Made by a program: the position numbers and the translations under genes. Below are positions 1 to 8,189 of a DNA stretch of 64,000 nt, piece by piece; position 1 is the stretch's first letter; the number at the start of each line of letters is the position of its first letter. Source of the stretch: Fidelibacterota bacterium (GTDB taxonomy: Bacteria > Fidelibacterota > Fidelibacteria > Fidelibacterales > DSDE01); NCBI GenBank assembly GCA_046735395.1, contig JBJKQR010000001.1, positions 32,001 through 96,000 on the forward strand. The letters are read 5' to 3'. The notes below the pieces were generated by a model. The model did not search any database and was not told the origin of the DNA. It saw only the letters and a list, made by a program, of their open reading frames with translations.

Positions 1-516
1 GAGGTTTCCTTTTTTCTGAGTGCCCAGGTGTTTGACATGATATTCAAGGCCATGGCGGTCATTCTGTGTTTCATCTGCCGTGAAGGATAATTTGAAATCC
101 TTCGCTGCGAGGGGTTTCTGGATGAAGATGTCACAACTATCTGTCACATCATAGGGCGTGAATAGCGAAAAATCCATATCTCTGCTGTCGGAACTGAAGG
201 TGTGGGTGTAATATTCCAGATGGAAACTGTGATGAAGAAGGGTAAGGGTGACGCTATTCTCCCTTGTCTGAAAAGCCACGCTGCTGTCCGGATTCAGAGT
301 TGTTCCCATCGTCAGGACGCGGCTCACATCACCGGGCACCGGAAAGGTGACCGTAGCCGGAAGTCCGGTCTCGGCAGGAAGTATCCCTTCCAGCATAACC
401 AGAACGCCCGGATGATCATAATCGGGCCACAGGCTGATAGAAATATCCTTCAGGGTTTCTCCCTGCAATGCGGCGAAGGCCAGCAGAAGTGTCAGGCTTG
501 TAAATAAACGTTTCAT
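1..516 (-). CDS. Exported hypothetical protein, runs off the window's left edge (not in ORF track)
   Basis: Manual translation from ATG 516: MKRLFTSLTLLLAFAALQG (signal peptide) then ISLWPDYDHPGVLVMLEG...; open to position 1; GGAG RBS upstream. Confidence 0.8.
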   Translation of the reverse strand, partial: MKRLFTSLTLLLAFAALQGETLKDISISLWPDYDHPGVLVMLEGILPAETGLPATVTFPVPGDVSRVLTMGTTLNPDSSVAFQTRENSVTLTLLHHSFHLEYYTHTFSSDSRDMDFSLFTPYDVTDSCDIFIQKPLAAKDFKLSFTADETQNDRHGLEYHVKHLGTQKKGNL

Positions 517-552
517 ATTACGACTCCAGGCTGTGATTTTAGGTTTGTTGAA

Positions 553-1173
553 TTATTTGAAATAATAATGAACGGACACTTGGGGAACATACATATAGAT
601 GTCCATTTTGCTGCTGAAGGTGAGGGGCAGTTCCAGACTGAGCCGGACATTTTCACTGGTCCGGAATTCCATGCCCAGGCCGACTCCGGCGTAAATCGTC
701 ATATCTGACGTGGTTTCAGTCTTGTCCGTACCAACCTGGACGGCTTCATACACCGAGTTTGTTCGCACATACTGATAGCTGCGTTTCGTTTCTGTGGCCA
801 GTTTGAAATTTGAGGCTGCTCCGTAGAAGAGATAAAAGCGGGATTTTTCCGTCCGATGCAGAATGTGGAACAACTGTAATCCCAGGGATCCGCTCGTTTC
901 CCTCCCGGGTTCAAATTCCTGGAAAAGAGAGCTGGTATCGGGGAAGTCCGTCTGCGTTCCGATGCTGCTGTAGTAGTCCGTTTTTTTGCCGCTGAGCAGG
1001 CTCAGATTGACCTGGTATCCCTTATCTTCCTTGAAATGACGGTAACTGAAGCCGCTTCCGGAAATCATTCCGGCACCCAGGCCCAGACCCATCGTAAAAT
1101 CTTCCGTCTGCGCTGATAACCCGAGCACCAGACTAAAAATGACTGCAGATATAATTCCAATTTGCTTCTTCAT
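553..1173 (-). CDS. Exported, probable outer-membrane beta-barrel protein
   Basis: Start refined to ATG 1173 (MKKQIGIISAVIFSLVLGLSA signal peptide); alternating strands such as YAGVGLGMEF; aromatic C-terminus VSVHYYFK. Confidence 0.7.
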   Translation of the reverse strand: MKKQIGIISAVIFSLVLGLSAQTEDFTMGLGLGAGMISGSGFSYRHFKEDKGYQVNLSLLSGKKTDYYSSIGTQTDFPDTSSLFQEFEPGRETSGSLGLQLFHILHRTEKSRFYLFYGAASNFKLATETKRSYQYVRTNSVYEAVQVGTDKTETTSDMTIYAGVGLGMEFRTSENVRLSLELPLTFSSKMDIYMYVPQVSVHYYFK

Positions 1174-1326
1174 ATTTATTCCTTTCCCGTCGGCAAGTTT
1201 AGGAAGTTTGGGAATAAAATCCAACGCAAAAGCAGGAGTCAAATATGTTGGCGGGACTATTCGAATGGTAAATGATGAATGTTGAATGGAAGAGCCCATT
1301 CTGCAAAGGATCGTGGAGAGGGCACG

Positions 1327-2094
1327 TTATCTTTGCTGGTACTTGCGCATTGCGATCAGATATGCAGCGATAGTGGTTGCGATACACCAGAGCAGAGCAG
1401 CGTAAAGATCGTTATTTGTGGATGCTATTCCGGACAGCAGATCCCGAATGCTGTTCACGATCGCTGTCACCGGCTGATGCTCGGCGAAGGTGCGGACTGC
1501 GGAGGGCATGGTCTGAGTCGGGACAAAGGCAGACGAGATGAAGGGCAGGAAGATGAGAGGGTAGGAGAAGGCACTCACACCATCCACCGATTTTGCGGAC
1601 AGTCCGGCAATGATGGCGATCCAGGTGAGAGCAAGCGTAAAGAGGGTGAGAATTCCGGCTACCGCCAGCCAGGACGTGAATCCTGCTGAAGATCGGAAAC
1701 CCATGAGCAGCGCCACCCCGATGATAACCAATACTGAAATCGCGTTGGAGACGAGTGAGGTGAGCACATGGCCCCAGAGCGCGGCAGATCTGGCGATGGG
1801 CATGGAGTGAAATCGGTCAAAAATTCCCCGCTGCAAATCGAGAAAAAGCCGGTAGGCCGTATAGGAAATGCCGCTGGCGACAGCCATCAGCAGAATGCCC
1901 GGCAGCAGGTAATTGACATAATTGTCCGACCCGCGGTGGAGTGCGCCGCCGAATACATAGACAAAGAGCAGCATGAATCCGATGGGCATGATGGTTACGG
2001 TGATGATGGTATCCATGCTGCGGAGTATATGCCGCATGGAGCGGCCCAGCATGACCATACTGTCACTGACAGTGTGAGTATGAATCCCTTCCAT
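1327..2094 (-). CDS. ABC-2 type exporter permease (DrrB-like)
   Basis: Six hydrophobic segments, YLLPGIL and SSAFVP motifs; directly follows the ATPase. Confidence 0.9.
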   Translation of the reverse strand: MEGIHTHTVSDSMVMLGRSMRHILRSMDTIITVTIMPIGFMLLFVYVFGGALHRGSDNYVNYLLPGILLMAVASGISYTAYRLFLDLQRGIFDRFHSMPIARSAALWGHVLTSLVSNAISVLVIIGVALLMGFRSSAGFTSWLAVAGILTLFTLALTWIAIIAGLSAKSVDGVSAFSYPLIFLPFISSAFVPTQTMPSAVRTFAEHQPVTAIVNSIRDLLSGIASTNNDLYAALLWCIATTIAAYLIAMRKYQQR

Positions 2095-2856
2095 TTAATT
2101 CTGCTCCTTTCTGCTTACAACCGACAGAAAAATATCTTCCAGCGACGGCTGTTTTTCCACATATTCCACCTTTGCCGGCGGAAACAGGCTCTTCAGTTCA
2201 GCCAGGGTCCCGTCTGCAATGATTCTTCCTTCGTGAAGAATCGCAATCCGGTGAGCCAGCTGCTCGGCTTCTTCCAGGTATTGGGTTGTCAGAAAAATAG
2301 TGGTGCCCTTTTCAGCCAGTTCACGAATCATCTTCCAGACTTCCAGCCGGGCTTCCGGGTCTAGACCTGTGGTCGGTTCGTCGAGAAAAATCAGATCCGG
2401 ATCCCCGATCAGACTCATGGCAATATCCAGTCTCCGGCGCATCCCCCCGGAGTACGCGGAAACCCACCGGTCGGCTGCCGAATTGAGATCGAAACGGGTC
2501 AGCAGCACGTCTGCGACAGTACCCGGATTTTTACTGTGGCGGAGCCGGGCGATCATCTGCAGGTTTTCCCGGCCTGTGAGCATTTCATCGACAGCCACAT
2601 TCTGTCCGGTCAGACTGATGGATTCACGGACATGTGCCGCCTGTGATCTCACGTCAAACCCGTTTACCGATATCTCACCACTGTCCGCCGCCAGCAGCGT
2701 GGATAATATTCTGACGATGGTGGTCTTGCCCGCGCCGTTTGAACCGAGTAAGGCAAATACCGAACCCTTTTTTACGGAAAAATCCACGCCGCTTAATACG
2801 TTGACATCTTTATATGATTTAAAAAGCTCCTTAACAGTAATTGCAGGTATTTCCAT
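2095..2856 (-). CDS. ABC exporter ATP-binding protein (DrrA-like)
   Basis: Walker A GSNGAGKT, signature YSGGM, Walker B IFLDEPTTGLD. Confidence 0.95.
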   Translation of the reverse strand: MEIPAITVKELFKSYKDVNVLSGVDFSVKKGSVFALLGSNGAGKTTIVRILSTLLAADSGEISVNGFDVRSQAAHVRESISLTGQNVAVDEMLTGRENLQMIARLRHSKNPGTVADVLLTRFDLNSAADRWVSAYSGGMRRRLDIAMSLIGDPDLIFLDEPTTGLDPEARLEVWKMIRELAEKGTTIFLTTQYLEEAEQLAHRIAILHEGRIIADGTLAELKSLFPPAKVEYVEKQPSLEDIFLSVVSRKEQN

Positions 2857-2867
2857 TGTGCGCTTCC

Positions 2868-3734
2868 TTATAAGACCGTTACGTTTGACAAATCTACTGT
2901 TCCGATTCCCTTGAGCGCAGCATAGGTCAGCTTATCCATGCTCGCGCCGTCGAAACAGAGTGTCTTCATCGCCTTGTATGCTTTATTCGTAAGGGAAAAG
3001 GGGAGGCGGAAGGCTACGTTTTTCAGGGTCGCTCCTCTGAAGGATGCGTCATTGAGTGCACATTTATCAAAGCTAACTCCAATGAAAACCTGCCCGTCAA
3101 ATCGCACATTCCGCAGATCGCAGTACTTGAAACCCACTCCGTTGAAAATACAATTTTCAAAAAGGGTTTCCCGAAGGTCCGATTTTTCGAAACTGCTGTC
3201 TGTCAGGGTCAGGTTCGTGAATTTCACGTTTTTCAGTCCGGACATACTTACTGAAGTCCGTGTCAGAATACTTCCGTCGAAATGGGAATCTGACAGATGC
3301 AACATGGAAAAAACGCAGTCTGTAAGATTGGCTTTATCAAAATTGATGTCCCGTGCGTCAGAGGTGGAAAAATGGCTGCCGGTCAGATCCGATCCTGAAA
3401 AATCAGATCCCCGCAGCATGCTGGACTTGAATCGGCCGTTGTGGGCCTTCACTCCGGCCAGGTCGCTGTCCGGCAGATTGCTGGCGCTGAAATTTATCTG
3501 AACCTGCCGTTCCAGTGAGCGGGAAACATCGGCGATTTCCTGCACGGTCTCCTCAATATCACCGATACTTTCCACCGTAAGGCTGAATGCCGTTTCATCA
3601 TCCTTCCCATCAGCTTTCAGTTCACGGTATCTTTCCTCGAGATCTGCCAGCAGATCCGTCTTGAGCTCTGCTACGCTCTTTACCCCATCATACGGCGCGA
3701 ACACGCCATCCAGATAGTTTTTCAATTTTTCCAT
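2868..3734 (-). CDS. Pentapeptide-repeat protein with N-terminal 'permease prefix' helical domain
   Basis: N-terminal YLDGVF...ELKTDL...E.Y.EL...G....A......IGDIEE pattern; long run of xxFxx/xxLxx pentapeptides. Confidence 0.85.
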   Translation of the reverse strand: MEKLKNYLDGVFAPYDGVKSVAELKTDLLADLEERYRELKADGKDDETAFSLTVESIGDIEETVQEIADVSRSLERQVQINFSASNLPDSDLAGVKAHNGRFKSSMLRGSDFSGSDLTGSHFSTSDARDINFDKANLTDCVFSMLHLSDSHFDGSILTRTSVSMSGLKNVKFTNLTLTDSSFEKSDLRETLFENCIFNGVGFKYCDLRNVRFDGQVFIGVSFDKCALNDASFRGATLKNVAFRLPFSLTNKAYKAMKTLCFDGASMDKLTYAALKGIGTVDLSNVTVL

Positions 3735-3746
3735 AACAAAATTCCT

Positions 3747-4076
3747 TTACAGTAAATTTTCGAGAACCCGCTTCGCGTAGTCCCAGTTGTTCTTGTTGCG
3801 GTCATAAGTGGCCTTGCCTCTGGCTGTGATCCGGAAATATTTGCGCCGGCCGCCCTGCGTTTCGTCACCCCAGTACCATTCGATGTCACCGTCTGCCTCG
3901 AGACGCCGGACCGAGGAATACATGGTCGCTTCCTTCAGTTCGTATTCACCGTCCGACCTGTCTGCTATCAGCTTCACGATCTCGTAGCCATAACGGTCCG
4001 CTTCGGACAGAAGCCGCAGAATCATGGTGTCCGTATGGCCACGCAGCAGATCAGACGTTATTTTGTTTTCACTCAT
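3747..4076 (-). CDS. PadR family transcriptional regulator
   Basis: LLRGHTD..IL.LL...RYGYEI...LKEATMY...RLE..G...RRKYFRIT pattern. Confidence 0.95.
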   Translation of the reverse strand: MSENKITSDLLRGHTDTMILRLLSEADRYGYEIVKLIADRSDGEYELKEATMYSSVRRLEADGDIEWYWGDETQGGRRKYFRITARGKATYDRNKNNWDYAKRVLENLL

Positions 4077-4098
4077 ATGCGCTCCTCATTTCGTGTAG

Positions 4099-4131
4099 AA
4101 TATATGATATAGTACTATGACAGTCAAGGTA
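4099..4131 (-). promoter_or_regulatory. Sigma70-like promoter of the padR operon with overlapping palindromic operator
   Basis: Minus strand TTGACT (4127-4122) N17 TATATT (4104-4099); imperfect palindrome TACTATGAC-A-GTCAAGGTA at 4113-4131 covers the -35. Confidence 0.6.
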
Positions 4132-4255
4132 ATATATTGAATAAAGGTAAAATCATTTCCTCAAATAAGGGAATGCAGGAAAATCTGGTTACGTAAAAAA
4201 GTCCCGTTAAAGGGCCTTTGGAATGAAATATTTAATTAAAATTGGATGACTGTGT

Positions 4256-5140
4256 CTATTTCGATCCGAGGATTTTTGCAATTCCATCGGCTTTATCTTC
4301 AGATCTCCAGGCTGTCAGCTCCCGTTCTGCCAGTGAGGTCAGCTCCGTTTCCCGGCCGAGCGCCCTGAACATGCGTGTATAGATATCCGGTGTAATTTCA
4401 AACTGTTTGAGCAGTTTGTAGCTTTCGTACCTGACATTGTCGATGTGCTGAGGATCGAACATGCATTTCTGGGCCATGAGCGGACAGGTGACTTTGTCAC
4501 GTTTCATTCCGAATTCAAAGAACATCCCGCATTTGGCGCAGAAGTATTTCCCTACTTCCCGTTCGCCCAGAATATCTATGAAGTCGATGTGCAGCTCCCG
4601 CTCAAGGGAGTAATGGGCTTTCAGCGTTTCGAGTGCTCCTTCCAGAATTTCCCTGATCTGCGGCTTCTTCCAGATTTTTTCCGCATCCATGAGTACGAAG
4701 GTGACAGAGTCTTCATTGATGCGCTGTGCCGTTTCGCAGCCGCTCAGAACGATGATAAAGCTTTTAATGGACTGGAGTGGCTGGCTGCTGCCGTTTTCGA
4801 ATTTCCATTCCTTCAGAAAATCCAGGTAGGCCTGCGCAAATTTCTTCCCGTTTTCTCTCAGGTTTTCTGCCGTAATTCCGGCCAGAATTCGCTGAGGAAT
4901 CTTGGGATAGAATAATCCGAATTTTTCCAGCGCCTCCGTATTTTCCGGATGAAAGTTTTCGATGGCAATGGGCGTATTCACGCACATGCCTGTCATGTAG
5001 GGGCATTCCGGTTTATCGAGGACAAAAAACTTCTTGCAGGTTACGCACCAGTAATGGTTTGATTCCGAGTAACTGCCGGCCGGAAAGGAATCTATTTTTG
5101 ATTTTATCATCTGCATCCGGTTCATTTTTTCGTTATCCAC
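4256..5140 (-). CDS. Hypothetical protein with two copies of a 4-Cys metal-binding motif
   Basis: WCVTCKKFF...CPYMTGMC and FCAKCGMFF...CPLMAQKC; start refined to GTG 5140 after AAGGAG RBS. Confidence 0.75.
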   Translation of the reverse strand: MDNEKMNRMQMIKSKIDSFPAGSYSESNHYWCVTCKKFFVLDKPECPYMTGMCVNTPIAIENFHPENTEALEKFGLFYPKIPQRILAGITAENLRENGKKFAQAYLDFLKEWKFENGSSQPLQSIKSFIIVLSGCETAQRINEDSVTFVLMDAEKIWKKPQIREILEGALETLKAHYSLERELHIDFIDILGEREVGKYFCAKCGMFFEFGMKRDKVTCPLMAQKCMFDPQHIDNVRYESYKLLKQFEITPDIYTRMFRALGRETELTSLAERELTAWRSEDKADGIAKILGSK

Positions 5141-5601
5141 ATTTCTCTCCTTTTGATGATCCAATGTTCTGAATGTTGTCAGGGTATATTTCACCCCAGC
5201 TGTTCCCTGTCACATTCCATTTTCGGTGCGAATAATATTCAAAATATTCTGGAAATACAAATGATCTTTCTTGAGTAACAATTCGAATTTCAAATGCCTG
5301 TTTTCCGGTAAAAATACAGGGTCGCTCATTTTATATAGGAATTGTCATACATAGTACAAAATAACTATGTATTCCCGGATAAATTATCTGTATACTTATT
5401 GCAGGCAGCATGAAAGTCAGGGGATATGGAATGACGGATCATGCAAATATATGGAATAATCAGAGCGGCACTTTCACACCATTCTACGGGGCGAAGGTGC
5501 TTGGATAGGAGGAAGAATCCGGGTCTCGGGATGGGAACAGTCTGAATGAGCAGGAAGGTTTGATTCGGAGGCAGGAAATAAATTGGGAAAAGGCGAATAA
5601 A

Positions 5602-6039
5602 ATGGAAACAAGACAGAGTCATGAAATTTCCTTCAGTATTACGAATTTTCCGGATAAGAACTATTGCAGAGTGAAGATTATCGGACGCCTTACCCGGGAT
5701 ATCCTTTCATCGATTCTGGAACAGGTCATGTCTCATCCCGAATATAAGCCGGGCATGAACCGGTTCTGGGACTTCTTGGAAACAGATGTGTCGCAGATGA
5801 GTCCGGAAGATTGGCGAACCTATGCGAAGGTTGTCAGATCTCTGGAGTCCCAGCCGGGAAAAGTCCGGGCGGTTGCTCTGGTGGCCAATGATCTGGAATA
5901 CGGAATGATACGCCTTTTTCAGTCAGTGGGAAATGGAATCCTGCCGACGGCAACCTATGTGACACGAAGTGAGGAAGAAGCGGAAGCATGGATCACGTCC
6001 ACGGATCCCGGCCCGGGAAAAGGTGTTTCGGGCACTTGA
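5602..6039 (+). CDS. Small SpoIIAA/STAS-like hypothetical protein
   Basis: xWDF.E.D, RAVALV....EYGMIR and S.EEAEAW pattern typical of STAS/SEC14-like proteins; ATG 5602. Confidence 0.55.
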   Translation: METRQSHEISFSITNFPDKNYCRVKIIGRLTRDILSSILEQVMSHPEYKPGMNRFWDFLETDVSQMSPEDWRTYAKVVRSLESQPGKVRAVALVANDLEYGMIRLFQSVGNGILPTATYVTRSEEEAEAWITSTDPGPGKGVSGT

Positions 6040-6058
6040 TAGTACATCGTAGATAATC

Positions 6059-6499
6059 ATGAGACTCTGGTCACTTCATCCTCGATACCTGGATTCAAAG
6101 GGCCTGGTCGCATTGTGGCGTGAAGGTCTTCTGGCCCAGGCTGTTCTGCTCGGCCGAACCCGTGGCTATCGTAACCATCCTCAATTGCTGCGATTCAAAA
6201 GCAGCGGGAATCCGGCAGCAGCAATTAGCTCCTATCTGCGGAGTATTGCAGACGAAGCAGACAGACGACACTTTCATTTTGATATAAACCGCATAGAGCA
6301 GAGGGAAACTGGTTTCGGGGAAATGCTGAGCGTGACCTCCGGACAACTGGAATATGAATTTCGGCATCTGCTGACTAAACTGAAGAAGCGTGATCCCGCC
6401 GGATACCACGAATTGCGCGAAATACAGACGATTCAGCCTCATCCTTTATTTACAATCGTACTTGGCGATCCGGAAGACTGGGAGATCCGGAACGAATAG
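6059..6499 (+). CDS. Pyrimidine dimer DNA glycosylase / T4 endonuclease V family protein
   Basis: MRLWSLHPRYLD.KGLVALWRE and GY.NHPQL.RF motifs of this family. Confidence 0.85.
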   Translation: MRLWSLHPRYLDSKGLVALWREGLLAQAVLLGRTRGYRNHPQLLRFKSSGNPAAAISSYLRSIADEADRRHFHFDINRIEQRETGFGEMLSVTSGQLEYEFRHLLTKLKKRDPAGYHELREIQTIQPHPLFTIVLGDPEDWEIRNE

Positions 6500-6506
6500 T
6501 TTGAGA

Positions 6507-6824
6507 CCACGAATTACACGAAGATATCTGACCACGGATTTCACGGATTGACACGCAAAAGATGAAGATATACCAGAGTTCGTGTTCATCTGTGTCCTTC
6601 GTGGAAAAATGCTTTTGGTTTGTCATTGTTAAATACGAATTACACGAAGATATCTGACCACGGATTTCACGGATTGACACGAAAAAGAGGAAGAAATGAC
6701 AGAGTTCGTGTTCATCTGTGTTCTTCGTGGAAAAATGTTTTTGGTTTGTCATTATTAAATACGAATTACACGAAGAAATCTGGCCACGGATGGCACGGAT
6801 TGACACGAATAAGAGGAAGATATA
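6507..6824. repeat. Left tandem array of 126-bp palindromic units (about 2.5 copies)
   Basis: Unit starts ACGAATTACACGAAG at 6509, 6635 and 6761 (exact period 126); third copy truncated near 6824. Confidence 0.95.
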
Positions 6825-6935
6825 GTTTATAATAGTTTGGGTAATTCTGAATTTTTCGTAATAAAAAAACAAATGAAATTGAAGGCTATTATTGTTATTA
6901 TGGAGTAGACTTATCAATCAGGAGTTAAAGTGGGT

Positions 6936-7301
6936 ATGATTTACAAAGATGAATCATTCAGGATAATTGGTGCCGCTATGGAAGTTCATAAAATACTCGG
7001 AAATGGATTTTTCGAACAGGTTTATCAGGATGCTCTCGAATATGAATTCCAACTGCGATCCGTTCCCTATGAACGTGAGAAATGTATCCAGATTCCATAT
7101 AAGGGGATTATCCTCAACAGAACCTTTGTCCCTGATTTTATTTGTTTTGAAAAAGTAATATTTGAATTAAAAGCCGTCGCCGAACTTTCCAAAACTCATG
7201 AGGCACAACTGTTAAATTATTTAAAGGCTTCAGGATTCCGACTTGGCTTTCTTGTTAATTTTGGAAAGACTTATCTTGACTATAAACGTTTTGTTTATTA
7301 A
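6936..7301 (+). CDS. GxxExxY protein (PD-(D/E)XK nuclease-like superfamily)
   Basis: IIGAAMEVH..LG.GFFEQVY (GxxExxY), PDF...VIFELKAV, HEAQLLNYLK...GFLVNFG; start ATG 6936 or GTG 6930 after AGGAG. Confidence 0.93.
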   Translation: MIYKDESFRIIGAAMEVHKILGNGFFEQVYQDALEYEFQLRSVPYEREKCIQIPYKGIILNRTFVPDFICFEKVIFELKAVAELSKTHEAQLLNYLKASGFRLGFLVNFGKTYLDYKRFVY

Positions 7302-7446
7302 TTAGCATCACGATGATCGGGACCTTCGTTCCGGAATTTCCCAGAAATTGGTTTTTACAGGAATTGATCATGGCATTTTGATTCGTAATCGTATTATCCG
7401 TTAAAAGTGAACAAGAGTGGGGGATATTTTGTCATCTCATTAAAAT

Positions 7447-7928
7447 ACGAAACGACCGAAAACTTTAAACAACGGATAGCAGGGATTAACATGAATAAGA
7501 GGAAGAAATACCAGAGTTCGTGTTCATTAGTGTTCTTCGTGGAAAAATGCTTATGGTTTGTCATTATTAAACACGAATTATACAAAGATAGCTGAGCACG
7601 GATTTCACGGATTGACACGAAAAAGAGGAAGATACACCAGAGTTCGTGTTCATTAGTGTTCTTCGTGGAAAAATGTTTTTGGTTTGTCATTATTAAACAC
7701 GAATTACACGAAGATATCTGACCACGGATTTCACAGATTGACACAAAAAAGATAAAGGAATAATAGAGTTCGTGTTTATTCGTGTTCTTTGTGGAGAGAA
7801 TGCTTTTAGCTAGCAGTCATTAAACAGGAATTACACGAAGATATCTGACCACGGATTTCACGGATTGACACGAAAAAGAGGAAGATATACCAGAGTTCGT
7901 GTTCATCTGTGTCCTTCGTGGAAAAATG
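7447..7928. repeat. Right tandem array of the same 126-bp unit (about 4 copies, first degenerate)
   Basis: Unit starts at 7447 (degenerate), 7573, 7699 and 7826 (period 126/126/127); same orientation as the left array. Confidence 0.95.
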
Positions 7929-8189
7929 TAATACGACCCTCGTCTTGTGTCAGGTTTATTCGAAATCCGGTCTCGTGGTTATGTGGATGGATTCAACAGG
8001 GTTGACTTCATTTCATCTTTTCCCTAATTTGCCCGCGTTATTTTGTATGAACGGACCCTGCAACGTTCAGGAAAATGAAGGACCGTAGGATTCAGGGTTA
8101 GCAGTGCAGGGGCATCGTAATCCTCCAAGTAGAGAAAGTCATACCTTGAAGCGAGTTGATCTGCTGAAATTCATTGATGATCAGGCGGG

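Noticed and set aside
202..507. 101-aa plus-strand ORF
   Set aside because: Antisense to the better-supported minus-strand gene starting at 516
5365..5622. Short intergenic ORFs (5365-5622, also 12916-13122, 27544-27870, 30775-31138, 57036-57293)
   Set aside because: No RBS or motifs; they overlap promoter regions or the tRNA-Leu gene
6450..6917. Repetitive ORFs over the left array (6450-6917 minus, 6620-6832 plus)
   Set aside because: The period 126 is a multiple of 3, so chance open frames repeat; no RBS or recognisable domain; the minus ORF overlaps the glycosylase
7394..7744. Repetitive ORFs over the right array (7394-7744 minus, 7407-7595 plus)
   Set aside because: Same reason: translation shadows of the DNA repeat
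6507..7928. CRISPR array interpretation of the repeats
   Set aside because: The whole 126-bp unit is repeated, there are no unique spacers and no cas genes are in the window
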